Source of the DNA: a virus
Taxonomy: Duplodnaviria; Caudoviricetes
DNA: 64,000 nt
IMG/VR virus record: IMGVR_UViG_3300035126_000903
Span: 32,001-96,000 of that record
Direction: 5' to 3' (one strand)
Under the pieces are notes generated by a model. It did no database searches. It was given only the letters and a program-made list of their open reading frames with translations, and had not been told where the DNA came from. Positions 8,145-17,416 of the stretch are shown here, one piece after another. Positions within the stretch are counted from its first letter, which is position 1, and every line of letters begins with the position of its first letter. The position numbers and the translations under genes were made by a program.

Positions 8145-8393
8145 TTAATAGAATACTGCCATGGCTGACCTGAGCTCTTGCTCGTTGGTCACACGGAAGG
8201 TCTTTTCATCAATCGTTAGATTAGGGATGTTCTTCCATCGTTCTCGGGCCTGTGCGATGGCTTCTTCCACCGTATATGCCATTTCGGTATTCCATCCACC
8301 CAATTTGAAGTTGTACATATACTCACACTTGCTTTTGGTGGCATTTGAGGTCGGCCGGATTGATTTGTTTTTCATAGGTTTGGGGTTTATCAT
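8145..8393 (-). CDS. Hypothetical protein
   Basis: ORF track. Confidence 0.7.
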   Translation of the reverse strand: MINPKPMKNKSIRPTSNATKSKCEYMYNFKLGGWNTEMAYTVEEAIAQARERWKNIPNLTIDEKTFRVTNEQELRSAMAVFY

Positions 8394-8674
8394 TACAAAG
8401 ACTGCAACTCCGACTTGACATTATTCCAAAATTCAAGTGCCTCATCTTTTTGTGCTTCATACCAATACTGGTGAGTTGCTCCACAATCATCCCAATCAAC
8501 ATGGTTTGGGTCTAATGGTCTTGCGCTTAGTATTTCTTCAACCGCTATCAATGCGGATTCCTTAGCAAGTCTAATTCTAATACCATCTACAAGGTCATTT
8601 ACTTGTGATAAAGATATCCCTACAAATTTTGAAATCAACTCGTATGCTTTTTCTTTTGGTGTCATGGTTTTCAT
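8393..8674 (-). CDS. TPKEKA-family phage protein (paralogs at 31972, 34838)
   Basis: TPKEKA..L..ALIAV.EI..FW..VK.E pattern. Confidence 0.75.
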   Translation of the reverse strand: MKTMTPKEKAYELISKFVGISLSQVNDLVDGIRIRLAKESALIAVEEILSARPLDPNHVDWDDCGATHQYWYEAQKDEALEFWNNVKSELQSL

Positions 8675-8690
8675 GGGTTTAGGTTAAATT

Positions 8691-8993
8691 TTATTCATTA
8701 CACCATTCGGGGTGAAGATAATGATACTCTTCTCTTAAATAAATGATTTGAAATTGCTGTGATTTGGGGATACCCCAAGCTTCAGTTTCCTGAACCCATA
8801 TCAACCCCTTTTTAACCAACGAACCAACCCCACCACGAACGGATTTAATATCAATACCAATCTCTGATGCAATATCTTTTGCATCAACATCCGAAAACCC
8901 AGGTTCAGCATACAACCCATCAATCAAACAACTCAAAATGGTTTCTTCCAATTTCGTTAATCCTAAATCTTTGATTGTTTTCATATCTCTCAT
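8691..8993 (-). CDS. Winged helix-turn-helix protein
   Basis: AKDIASEIGIDIKSVRGGVGSLVKKGLI. Confidence 0.65.
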   Translation of the reverse strand: MRDMKTIKDLGLTKLEETILSCLIDGLYAEPGFSDVDAKDIASEIGIDIKSVRGGVGSLVKKGLIWVQETEAWGIPKSQQFQIIYLREEYHYLHPEWCNE

Positions 8994-9057
8994 TGTCTTA
9001 CATAGTAAAGATAGGGATAAATCCCTACTTTTCCAAGCTTTCTATATTAAATTTAGG

Positions 9058-9447
9058 TTAATTTTTATTGATTATAAACCCATTCTTATAAGTAATGGTT
9101 TTATTTAAATTTCCACGCAAATCTAACCACTCTGCGATACCATCCAATACACCATTTGTATAAGGATACCTTACTCGAACCTTTCCATTTGGATAAAACT
9201 CTTTACTATACCCATCTTCCTTTCCCTTCTTGTATGGGGTTCGCTCACGGATATTTCCGTTTTCGTAATACGATTCCCAAACACCATCCAGTTTCCCTTC
9301 CTTCAAAAAACCTTTTGTCCATAGCTGACCGTTTTTGTGATACGATTCCCAAACACCAACCTGTTCTCCTTTTGAGTTGAATTGTCCTTTGGACAGCACA
9401 TTTCCGTTGGGGTAGTATAAAATGTGGGGTGTGAGTTTGTTTTTCAT
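9058..9447 (-). CDS. MORN-variant (YwqK-like) repeat protein
   Basis: ~24-aa Y.NG...G..DG repeats. Confidence 0.85.
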   Translation of the reverse strand: MKNKLTPHILYYPNGNVLSKGQFNSKGEQVGVWESYHKNGQLWTKGFLKEGKLDGVWESYYENGNIRERTPYKKGKEDGYSKEFYPNGKVRVRYPYTNGVLDGIAEWLDLRGNLNKTITYKNGFIINKN

Positions 9448-9699
9448 TGTCTGTTGGTTTGGTTGTTAAAGATTGTCTTAAATTACGCTAAAAATCAACA
9501 CCCAAACATCAAACCCACTATCGAACCCATTAGGAAAAACACAACCGCGAGTATGATTAAAGAGATGTAGTATTCGGTGTGGGGGTTAATTTCGTTTTTC
9601 ATATTTCTTTATCTTACATAGTAAAGATAGGTATAAAACCCCAAACTTCCAAGCTTTTTCCCAAAAAGTTATCCACATTCTACTGTCCAATATATTAGA

Positions 9700-10750
9700 C
9701 ACTATATAGTAGTAGTAGAGGAGCGCTGGTGGGGGAGGTGTATCTCTCTCTATATATATAAGGACACACCCCTGCGGAGTAAAGATACAACAGAAAATCC
9801 ATATTTCCAAGCTTTTTTAAGATTATTTTTTCGTTTATTTCCCCCATACTATATAGTAGTAGAGAGAGGAGCGCTGGATATGTATCCTTATATACTATAT
9901 AGTAGTAGTAGTACAGCGCCGGTCCTTACCGCAGAAACGGTGGGTGAGGTATGATTTAAAATATGTTAGGCGTGATGTAGAATATGTTAGCTATGACGCT
10001 TCCCCTATACTATATAGTAGTAGTATATATAGTGTTATATATGAAACGAGATATGTTATATACTATATAGTAGTAGTAGAGAGAAGCGCTGAAGATTGCT
10101 TGTGTATTATATACTATATAGTAGTAGAGAGAAGGTACGCACACACAGCGCTGTGTTATATTGTAAGTGCTTATTGTTATATACTATATAGTAGTAGAGA
10201 GAAGCGCTGAAGATTGTTTATGTGTTATATTGTGTGTGGGGAGTGTTATAGGGGATGTTTTTAGTGTTATAAAATTTTCCCCAATATTTATGGAAGCTAA
10301 ATTGCTCTCCCGTCTCTCATGCCCCTCTTTCCCCGCTTTTCTTCGCAATTGAGGTATCATTATTAGTTTTGCTCCCCCCTTCCCTTCCCTCTCTCCTCCT
10401 TTCCCTTTCCTGTCTTGCTCCCTTTCTATTTTTGACAGGGTTTTTTTTGAAGGTTCATTTTAATACAATTTCGGTGTCAAATGGTATATAGTGGGGAAAA
10501 GTGGGGAAAAGTGGGAATTTTTACGATTATTACTCCATTTCTTCCTCTTTTCTTCTTCTTCTTCTGCTTTCGTTACTTATTTTTAGGTTATTTAGGTTAT
10601 TTGGTTATGGGGTATCCTATATAGTGTATTGTTATTCTATATTAGTTATATATATATATATTCTTGTTCTTTTATACTCTCTCTCTCTATATATAGTATT
10701 GTTATTATTATTTGTCTTAGTACTGCTACTATTACTACTATATAGTGCTA
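9700..10750. repeat. Non-coding iterated region: ACTATATAGT(AGT)nAG..AGCGCT repeats; candidate origin or genome terminus
   Basis: Palindromic ACTATATAGT at 9701, 9848, 9894, 10009, 10062, 10113, 10183 and inverted unit at 10737. Confidence 0.75.
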
Positions 10751-10806
10751 TTATATTTTTTGTGTTTATTTCCCACTCACTCACTGCGTTCATTCGTTTC
10801 GGCGCA

Positions 10807-10838
10807 TAAAAAAACCCCAGCCTTTTGGGTTGGGGTCT
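10807..10838 (-). terminator. Intrinsic terminator
   Basis: Minus strand ACCCCAACC-CAAAA-GGCTGGGGT followed by a T-run. Confidence 0.75.
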
Positions 10839-10859
10839 TACACTACTTTAAAAGTGTTT

Positions 10860-11174
10860 TTATCTGAATCTATCTAACCGGCTTTGTAATTTATCGTTCC
10901 ACTCCGGCCCACCTTTTAACCTGACCACTAATGCGTTCCCCGGTACTTTTAACGCATTACCTGTCAATGCCGATTGTACAATATATGAACTACCTTCTTT
11001 TCTATATATACCTACCACATCCCTAACAAATATAGGTTCTTTCTCCCTACTATCTAAATCCAATACATTCATGCTTTTCTTTACTACACCTAAGCCAATG
11101 AAATTATTGCTTTCTGTCAGTAATACACTTTTTATTGCCTCTCTAATTAGCTGTCTTAATTGCGATACTTTCAT
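10860..11174 (-). CDS. Putative internal head protein, MKVSQL leader family
   Basis: MKVSQLRQLIREAIKSVLLTE. Confidence 0.7.
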   Translation of the reverse strand: MKVSQLRQLIREAIKSVLLTESNNFIGLGVVKKSMNVLDLDSREKEPIFVRDVVGIYRKEGSSYIVQSALTGNALKVPGNALVVRLKGGPEWNDKLQSRLDRFR

Positions 11175-11202
11175 ACTTTAATCCTTTTTTGATATTAATA
11201 TA

Positions 11203-11541
11203 CTATTTGTGAATTTTTACTCTATGGAGAGATTTTATCAATTTAAATAATTTATCAAATTCCATTTGAGTAGTATTGTGCGTATCCCTAATACCTAACA
11301 TATCCGGTGTTTTATTACCATACCCGCCAATTTTCTCAACTGCAGCATAATTACTTAATTTTGTTCTTTGACCATTATTCATCCTTACAAATACAGGATT
11401 TATTGGTTCATGTGTTTTATCATCTTCTCTACTATATTCAGGTTTAAAGTGGACTTTATATAGAATTGTATCGGCAGTTGCTTCTCTCAATACTTGTTTT
11501 ATTGCTTCTCTAATTAGCTGTCTTAATTGCGATACTTTCAT
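11203..11541 (-). CDS. Putative internal head protein, MKVSQL leader family (start revised)
   Basis: MKVSQLRQLIREAIKQVLRE after AAGGA. Confidence 0.7.
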   Translation of the reverse strand: MKVSQLRQLIREAIKQVLREATADTILYKVHFKPEYSREDDKTHEPINPVFVRMNNGQRTKLSNYAAVEKIGGYGNKTPDMLGIRDTHNTTQMEFDKLFKLIKSLHRVKIHK

Positions 11542-11591
11542 ACTTTGTTTCCTTATTAAGCATCTCTTTTTCTTCTCGACCACACCATATG

Positions 11592-11774
11592 TTACATGTC
11601 ATAGTCTTTCAAACTTTCCAAAAGATTTTCTATACCTTCTTTGATAAGTCCGTTATATAATCCAACCTTTTTTAAGTTATATTTATTTTGTAGTAAATCT
11701 TTTTTTAGTTTTTCCAAAAATAGATCACTTTTTACTGCTTCTCTAATAAGCTTTTTTAATTCTAATGTTTTCAT
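11592..11774 (-). CDS. Leader-family protein (start revised)
   Basis: MKTLELKKLIREAVKSDLFLE. Confidence 0.6.
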   Translation of the reverse strand: MKTLELKKLIREAVKSDLFLEKLKKDLLQNKYNLKKVGLYNGLIKEGIENLLESLKDYDM

Positions 11775-11787
11775 TGTGTGTTTCCTT

Positions 11788-12072
11788 TTAAGCATCTCTT
11801 TTTCTTCTCGACCACACCAAAGACCATTCCTTAGATACTTTATCAAACTCTCTTTGTACTTCTGGCCCTTTTTTCTTTACATAATCTTCAGCTTGTTCGG
11901 CGTAATCATCTAAATGAGTAGTACTACGATATAACCTCGCCGCATCCAATATTTTTCCGTTATCAATTAATCTCTTAAACTCTCTAAATGCTCCTAATTG
12001 ACTAAAACTTTCTTTTAGTAATACATTTTTTACTGCTTCTCTAATAAGCTTTTTTAATTGTGATACTTTCAT
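11788..12072 (-). CDS. Putative internal head protein, MKVSQL leader family
   Basis: MKVSQLKKLIREAVKNVLLKE. Confidence 0.7.
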   Translation of the reverse strand: MKVSQLKKLIREAVKNVLLKESFSQLGAFREFKRLIDNGKILDAARLYRSTTHLDDYAEQAEDYVKKKGPEVQREFDKVSKEWSLVWSRRKRDA

Positions 12073-12097
12073 ACTTTATTTCCTTTTTTACTGTATT

Positions 12098-12406
12098 TTA
12101 AATTTTATGCTTTCCAAAGGTGTAATAATCTTGAGCTTCATCATCAGCACTCCATTTTGATTTGGCCAATTGTTTTACCTTTTCGGTTGGATTTTGGATG
12201 TATTGGATTGAATATGGATCTTTTTCAACCGCTGCTAACTGAACCCTTTCTGATGGATTTTCTATGAATTCTATTGCCCATGCATACTGTTTAACCGCCG
12301 CTAACTGAATTAATTCACCATTATTATACACCTGTTTATCCAAAGTATATTTTGGATTCACTTCACCGATTTTGGTTAGGATATTTTTGAGTTGATTGTT
12401 TTCCAT
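12098..12406 (-). CDS. DUF4116-like helical repeat protein
   Basis: IEFIENPSERVQLAAV repeats. Confidence 0.7.
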   Translation of the reverse strand: MENNQLKNILTKIGEVNPKYTLDKQVYNNGELIQLAAVKQYAWAIEFIENPSERVQLAAVEKDPYSIQYIQNPTEKVKQLAKSKWSADDEAQDYYTFGKHKI

Positions 12407-12410
12407 AATA

Positions 12411-13085
12411 TTAATATCCTTTTGATTTGGCCAATTGTTTTACTTTCTCTGTTGGATTTTCGATGAATTGGATTAAATATGGATTCTTTCTAACCGCCGC
12501 TAACTGAACCGCTTCTGATGGGTTTTTGATGTATTGGATTGAACCACCAACTTGTTCGACAGCTGCTAACTGAACTTTTTCTGATGGATTTTTGATGTAT
12601 TCGATTGTCCAGGGGCCCATTGGTTTCTCTTTAACCGCAACTAACTGAACCTTTTCTGATGGGTTTTTGATATATTTGATTGACTTTGGATCCTCTTTAA
12701 TCGCAGCTAACTGAACCGCTTCTGATGGGTTTTTAATGAATTGGATTGCAGGACCGTCCCTTTTAACAGCAGCTAACTGAACCGCTTCTGATGGATTTTC
12801 GATGTATTGGATTGAAAGACTATTCTTTTCAACCGCTGCTATTTGGTCTTTTTCGGATAATTTGTTTGATGGTTCAATATAAGGTTCGACATCAGATTTT
12901 TGTATTCTTACTTGCCTCCAGCCATTTACGTTTTTTGCAAGGTAATATGTTGGATTGATTTTGTCTACCGTAAAGACATCACCTGAAGGGATATGTTTCA
13001 CTTTTGAGCCTATCTTGATTTCTGTCTCCAGCAATACACTTTTTACTGCTTCTCTAATAAGCTTTTTTAATTGTGATACTTTCAT
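12411..13085 (-). CDS. MKVSQL leader protein with ~6 DUF4116-like 22-aa repeats
   Basis: I(Q/K/E)(Y/F)I(K/E)NPSE(A/K)VQLAAV, ~66-bp tandem DNA repeats. Confidence 0.75.
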   Translation of the reverse strand: MKVSQLKKLIREAVKSVLLETEIKIGSKVKHIPSGDVFTVDKINPTYYLAKNVNGWRQVRIQKSDVEPYIEPSNKLSEKDQIAAVEKNSLSIQYIENPSEAVQLAAVKRDGPAIQFIKNPSEAVQLAAIKEDPKSIKYIKNPSEKVQLVAVKEKPMGPWTIEYIKNPSEKVQLAAVEQVGGSIQYIKNPSEAVQLAAVRKNPYLIQFIENPTEKVKQLAKSKGY

Positions 13086-13102
13086 ACTTTGATGCCTTTT
13101 TA

Positions 13103-13633
13103 CTAATAAATATATGTTTTTAATTTGTTTAATGTATTTTGTAAATTACTATTTTTGTGCAATATCCCAATACCCCCAGCGGCCTCCCACTTCGTTATAA
13201 AATCTTTTCTATCATCAATTAAGATAGATGTTGGAGTTGCCCAGTTCTGCTTTTGATAGTTTATTATTGTGGGTGGGTTTCCCAAAAACCTTTTTATCCA
13301 AATCAACTTACCCTTCTTTGACTCTGATATATTATACGATGGTGCTGATAATATAATAGGTTTATATTTTTTTATTTCTCGCCATAATAACATACCATTT
13401 TTTAATGGTGGTAATCCCGCCCAATATTGGTGTTCCTTCATCCCCTTCTCTACCAACTTTTCATTAAAATTATCCCAAAATTGCTTTCTCTCTTCGGGGG
13501 TTTTATATAATGGGCCGGGTGGATTTCCCATAAATTTGGCGTATCCACTCACAAAATCTACCAATACACCATCCATATCACAGTATATAGTATAGGTTAT
13601 GTTTTCTTTTACAAGCGGTAATAGTTTTATCAT
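13103..13633 (-). CDS. HAD 5'(3')-deoxyribonucleotidase-like (NT5C family)
   Basis: IYCDMDGVLVDF ... ILIDDR ... WEAAGGIGILH. Confidence 0.8.
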   Translation of the reverse strand: MIKLLPLVKENITYTIYCDMDGVLVDFVSGYAKFMGNPPGPLYKTPEERKQFWDNFNEKLVEKGMKEHQYWAGLPPLKNGMLLWREIKKYKPIILSAPSYNISESKKGKLIWIKRFLGNPPTIINYQKQNWATPTSILIDDRKDFITKWEAAGGIGILHKNSNLQNTLNKLKTYIY

Positions 13634-13825
13634 AATTATAAATATAGAACTATTTTTTATTACTAAAATTAGTTATGTAATTATAATCCGTTTCAAATCC
13701 ACCTTTACCCTCTACAGTATTTGATGGCGCTAATTTAGTTTTTCCAGATTGATTTATACTATTAATTATTTTTTTACGAATAATATTACTCTGATTTACA
13801 ATTCTGTTATTAAAATCGTTTATAT

Positions 13826-14266
13826 TCATATTTTTTCAATAGTTTTAACTCTATCCTCGTGTCTACCACCTTCAAACGGGGTAAATAAAAATGTATTTAC
13901 AGAATCAATAGCATCATCAATGGATATAAACCTTGCAGGTAAACAAATAATATTTGCATCATTGTGCAACCTCATAAGTTCTGCTATTTCTACATCCCAA
14001 CAAACACCTGCCCTCACACCTCTCGTTTTATTTGCTGTAATACACATCCCAACACCACTACCACATATAAGAATACCAACGCAATCTTCATTAATAACTA
14101 CTTTTTCTGCTACCAAATGAGCATATTCTGCATAGTTTGATTTTTCAGGCCCACTACCAAGATCTAGAACCAAATAATCGTTTTTATGTAGATATGAAAT
14201 AATTTCTTTTTTTAATTCATACCCAGCGTGGTCAGAAGCTATAAAAATTGTTTTATTGTTTTTCAT
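13826..14266 (-). CDS. rpiB: Ribose-5-phosphate isomerase B
   Basis: IASDHAG, CGSGVG, HNDAN, FEGGRH. Confidence 0.93.
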   Translation of the reverse strand: MKNNKTIFIASDHAGYELKKEIISYLHKNDYLVLDLGSGPEKSNYAEYAHLVAEKVVINEDCVGILICGSGVGMCITANKTRGVRAGVCWDVEIAELMRLHNDANIICLPARFISIDDAIDSVNTFLFTPFEGGRHEDRVKTIEKI

Positions 14267-14523
14267 CCGTTATATATAGTATGATTGCTATTTGTTAATT
14301 TAATAAAAACACCAGCTTTTCCAACCGATACCTCATATCCGCAAAACCTATTATCTAATTTAATACCATATTTTTTTAAATCAAAAATACATTTTTCGTT
14401 TTTTTCTCCATCAAATACAGCATAAAGGCAATTATCAGCATAGTCTACATTTACACTTCTAATTGAACTTATTCTCCAATACGGAACTATAACCAATTCT
14501 TCAGCAGGGATGTGTATCAGCAT
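14263..14523 (-). CDS. Hypothetical protein
   Basis: ORF track. Confidence 0.65.
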   Translation of the reverse strand: MLIHIPAEELVIVPYWRISSIRSVNVDYADNCLYAVFDGEKNEKCIFDLKKYGIKLDNRFCGYEVSVGKAGVFIKLTNSNHTIYNG

Positions 14524-14843
14524 ACCTTATCAAAAAAACGTATAATTTCAACTAACGGCGTTCTACTATCAACACCATTTTCAGACCAAACCCACTCTTT
14601 ACCCTTACTGTCAATTATTTTTTTACGACCATCTATCCAATTTATCACATCAATTGGGTGGATGGTTTCTAATACAACATCATATTGGTCGATAATGTTA
14701 AATTCCATCGTAGTGGGGGGTTTTTCAATTCTTAAATTAGGCCCCTCATTGTTTATTAAATCTAATTTTTTCATAACAAATATATTTTTTTTAAATATGT
14801 TTTCTAAATCAACGCCATCGTATATAAATTCAATTTCTTTCAT
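14517..14843 (-). CDS. Hypothetical protein
   Basis: ORF track. Confidence 0.65.
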   Translation of the reverse strand: MKEIEFIYDGVDLENIFKKNIFVMKKLDLINNEGPNLRIEKPPTTMEFNIIDQYDVVLETIHPIDVINWIDGRKKIIDSKGKEWVWSENGVDSRTPLVEIIRFFDKVC

Positions 14844-15025
14844 TCAAACTAATTTACATGTACTCTATCCTCTTCATCAAATAAATCTTTACCCCAATAA
14901 TCAATATCCCCTATCCAAACGATGGAAATGGGTATTGTTATTAGGAGTATAATTAAGAAAGTTATCATAGGTAAAGTTATTTAATTGTTGGGTGTGATTG
15001 ATAGTTACTTAATTGTAGGTATTAT

Positions 15026-15226
15026 TTACAACGACTTACGTATATAAGCAGTGTGTTTTTTTACTATATTAGCTAATTCAACAACATCACCTGTTGGATT
15101 TTTGATAGCCATATCTGCTACTTTATCTAAAATATTAAGACTTCTACTAATTATATCTAAGTTACCTTCATTCATCACCCCAGAGATTTCTTCTCTAATA
15201 ATTTGCTGTAATTCTGATTTTTTCAT
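15026..15226 (-). CDS. Leader-family protein (MKKSELQQIIREEISGVMNE)
   Basis: Leader like the MKVSQL family; ATATTTAT motif upstream. Confidence 0.7.
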   Translation of the reverse strand: MKKSELQQIIREEISGVMNEGNLDIISRSLNILDKVADMAIKNPTGDVVELANIVKKHTAYIRKSL

Positions 15227-15253
15227 GTTTACCTTTTTTATTATAAATATTAA

Positions 15254-15490
15254 TCAATTCAAAATGCGTACATCAGATTCAGTTTCAATAACCACTCTTG
15301 CCCCACAAGAAATTAAAGGTTTTACATCATCCCCAGCACCACAGTAAGTTATTTTACTTGGTCCCAATATCTCCACTTCATTACAATAGGTGTTTTTTCT
15401 ACCCTGTTTAACTGTAATAACAGGTAAATCAGTTCCTTTAGTTTTGTTGGAACGAATGTGGTGTTGGTTGACGTGTATTTTAGTAATCAT
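15254..15490 (-). CDS. Hypothetical protein
   Basis: ORF track. Confidence 0.75.
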   Translation of the reverse strand: MITKIHVNQHHIRSNKTKGTDLPVITVKQGRKNTYCNEVEILGPSKITYCGAGDDVKPLISCGARVVIETESDVRILN

Positions 15491-15495
15491 ATCTA

Positions 15496-16068
15496 TTAAT
15501 CCTTATCATAATACTCCCACACCTCTTCCAATTGTGATGGGTCAACAACAAATGATTCCCAATCATCTTTTCCTACCTCAACATCCTTAACATCAATGTA
15601 AAATGTTTTAGGAACAAAAGGAAATGATTTAACATACCCCTTCTTTCCAACCATTTTACTTCTATCGCCTGATTTGTAATCTTCTTCATTTAACCACGCC
15701 ATCCCACTCCAACAAATCCCATTTTGGTCTCTTTTAATAATTGCGTCTATGTAGTAGGGTTTTTCATCCTTTCCATCTTTAAATAAAGCAGAACATCTCC
15801 TGTTTTGATACCAAGATCTTCCATCCCCGAAATCATTAACATCACCCCATTCTTCATCTTTACCTGTAATAGGTAGTAAAGGTTCAAAGTTGGCAAGTTT
15901 GTTAAAGATTGAAGCAACATATGGAGCAGACATACCCGAGTGTCCTTGTTTAGAGAACACTTCAATAAGTTCCATTACAGCCTCTCCAATTAAACCTCCG
16001 TAATCGGAATCTTCATCAAAGTAACCGGCTGCCTGTAATTCTGTTTTTGCGTAATTTGTTAAACTCAT
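15496..16068 (-). CDS. Hypothetical phage protein
   Basis: FSKQGHSGMSA, PLLPITG.DEEW. Confidence 0.8.
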   Translation of the reverse strand: MSLTNYAKTELQAAGYFDEDSDYGGLIGEAVMELIEVFSKQGHSGMSAPYVASIFNKLANFEPLLPITGKDEEWGDVNDFGDGRSWYQNRRCSALFKDGKDEKPYYIDAIIKRDQNGICWSGMAWLNEEDYKSGDRSKMVGKKGYVKSFPFVPKTFYIDVKDVEVGKDDWESFVVDPSQLEEVWEYYDKD

Positions 16069-16087
16069 ATTTTTTTAATTTTAATTT

Positions 16088-16303
16088 TTAAATCAACCCG
16101 TGTGATTTTAATCTTTCCAACGCCCGGTTAAAATTCTCTTCGGCGGTTGATTCTATATCTTGATAGTCAGATGATGAATCTGCGTAAAGAATCGTCCACC
16201 CATTTTTTCCCGATTCGATTGTAATACCCATCCCGGTCTTGTCTTTTATCCTCTTGATGATTTCTACTTCATTTGAAGGCATCATTCCCATAAATCTTTT
16301 CAT
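16088..16303 (-). CDS. Hypothetical protein
   Basis: ORF track. Confidence 0.7.
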   Translation of the reverse strand: MKRFMGMMPSNEVEIIKRIKDKTGMGITIESGKNGWTILYADSSSDYQDIESTAEENFNRALERLKSHGLI

Positions 16304-16331
16304 ATTTTTTTAATTTTAATTTTTAAATATA

Positions 16332-16601
16332 TTACTCCCCTATCCAATGGTCATCTAGTTCATCTATGCCTGAGTCAACTTGACTTTTAAATTTTTCTAA
16401 TTCAAAGTTGTCAATTATATTGTTGTCTGTTTCAAGAGTTTCAAATCGTAGCTGACCTGACCCATCCCCATCAACAACGACCGGAATTGTGCGGGTCGCA
16501 CCGACATTTCCAAGATACTGTATCTTAGCAAAAAGATTTAGAATTTCACTAATTTCTGATTTTCCGCCAGAAATTTTAACATTGATGTAATATTTTTCCA
16601 T
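16332..16601 (-). CDS. Hypothetical protein
   Basis: ORF track. Confidence 0.7.
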   Translation of the reverse strand: MEKYYINVKISGGKSEISEILNLFAKIQYLGNVGATRTIPVVVDGDGSGQLRFETLETDNNIIDNFELEKFKSQVDSGIDELDDHWIGE

Positions 16602-16603
16602 TT

Positions 16604-17416
16604 TTAATTTGAAAGCGGTAATTTAATTGTTGGGTGTGATTGATAATTTTCTAATGTAAAATCATTAGGTGAATAATAAGGTAAGCAATCACCTTCTTTC
16701 CACTTTACTTCATCCTCAATTTTTAATGTAGGTAAATCAAATGGTTCTCTTGTCAATTGTTCTTTAATACCTTCAATTTGATTTAAGTAGATGTGTGTAT
16801 CTCCCAAATTTCCTATAAGTTCATCAGGCACCATATTAACCTCTTTTGCGATGATTTCTAATAGTAACCCGTAACTTGCGATGTTAAATGGTAATCCAAG
16901 TGGGGTATCTACTGAACGTTGATTCCACATTAAAGAGATTGCTCTGGTTGGGATGTTATACATTTCAAATTCAGGATTATAAACTCTACTATTAACACCC
17001 AATGTTTGACGTCGTCCACCTCCTGCTTTATTAAGTAATTCTATCCGTTCTCCTTTACTCAACTCTCTTGTATAAACTTGAAATCCATAATGACAAGGTG
17101 GAAGAACCATATTCGGTAAATCGTGTACTGCCCAAGCACTCACAACCATACGCCTAGAATCAGGGTTTTCTTTTAATAACCTAATCAACTCAGATATTTG
17201 GTCTACACCTTTTTTAAAGTTAATTATATCTTGACTTCCATCTCTTTCTAAACCAATATGTAATGAAAATTCACCTCCCCAATCTCTCCATTGCTTACCA
17301 TACACGGGCCCGAGTGACCCCCACTTCCTAGCAAACTTATCATCGGTTTTGATTTTGTTGATGAATTCTTCTTGTGTAAAAGGTCTTCCATCTGGATGTA
17401 AATGTTCTTTATTCAT
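16604..17416 (-). CDS. thyA: Thymidylate synthase, C-terminal (catalytic) part of split gene
   Basis: LGPVYGKQWR, PDSRR, LPPCH, QRSVD.PLGLPFNIASY, GDTHIY. Confidence 0.93.
   Translation of the reverse strand: MNKEHLHPDGRPFTQEEFINKIKTDDKFARKWGSLGPVYGKQWRDWGGEFSLHIGLERDGSQDIINFKKGVDQISELIRLLKENPDSRRMVVSAWAVHDLPNMVLPPCHYGFQVYTRELSKGERIELLNKAGGGRRQTLGVNSRVYNPEFEMYNIPTRAISLMWNQRSVDTPLGLPFNIASYGLLLEIIAKEVNMVPDELIGNLGDTHIYLNQIEGIKEQLTREPFDLPTLKIEDEVKWKEGDCLPYYSPNDFTLENYQSHPTIKLPLSN

Noticed and set aside
9586-10809. ORFs 9586..9810, 9944..10210, 10167..10352, 10501..10809
   Set aside because: Low-complexity translations of repeats and promoter sequence.
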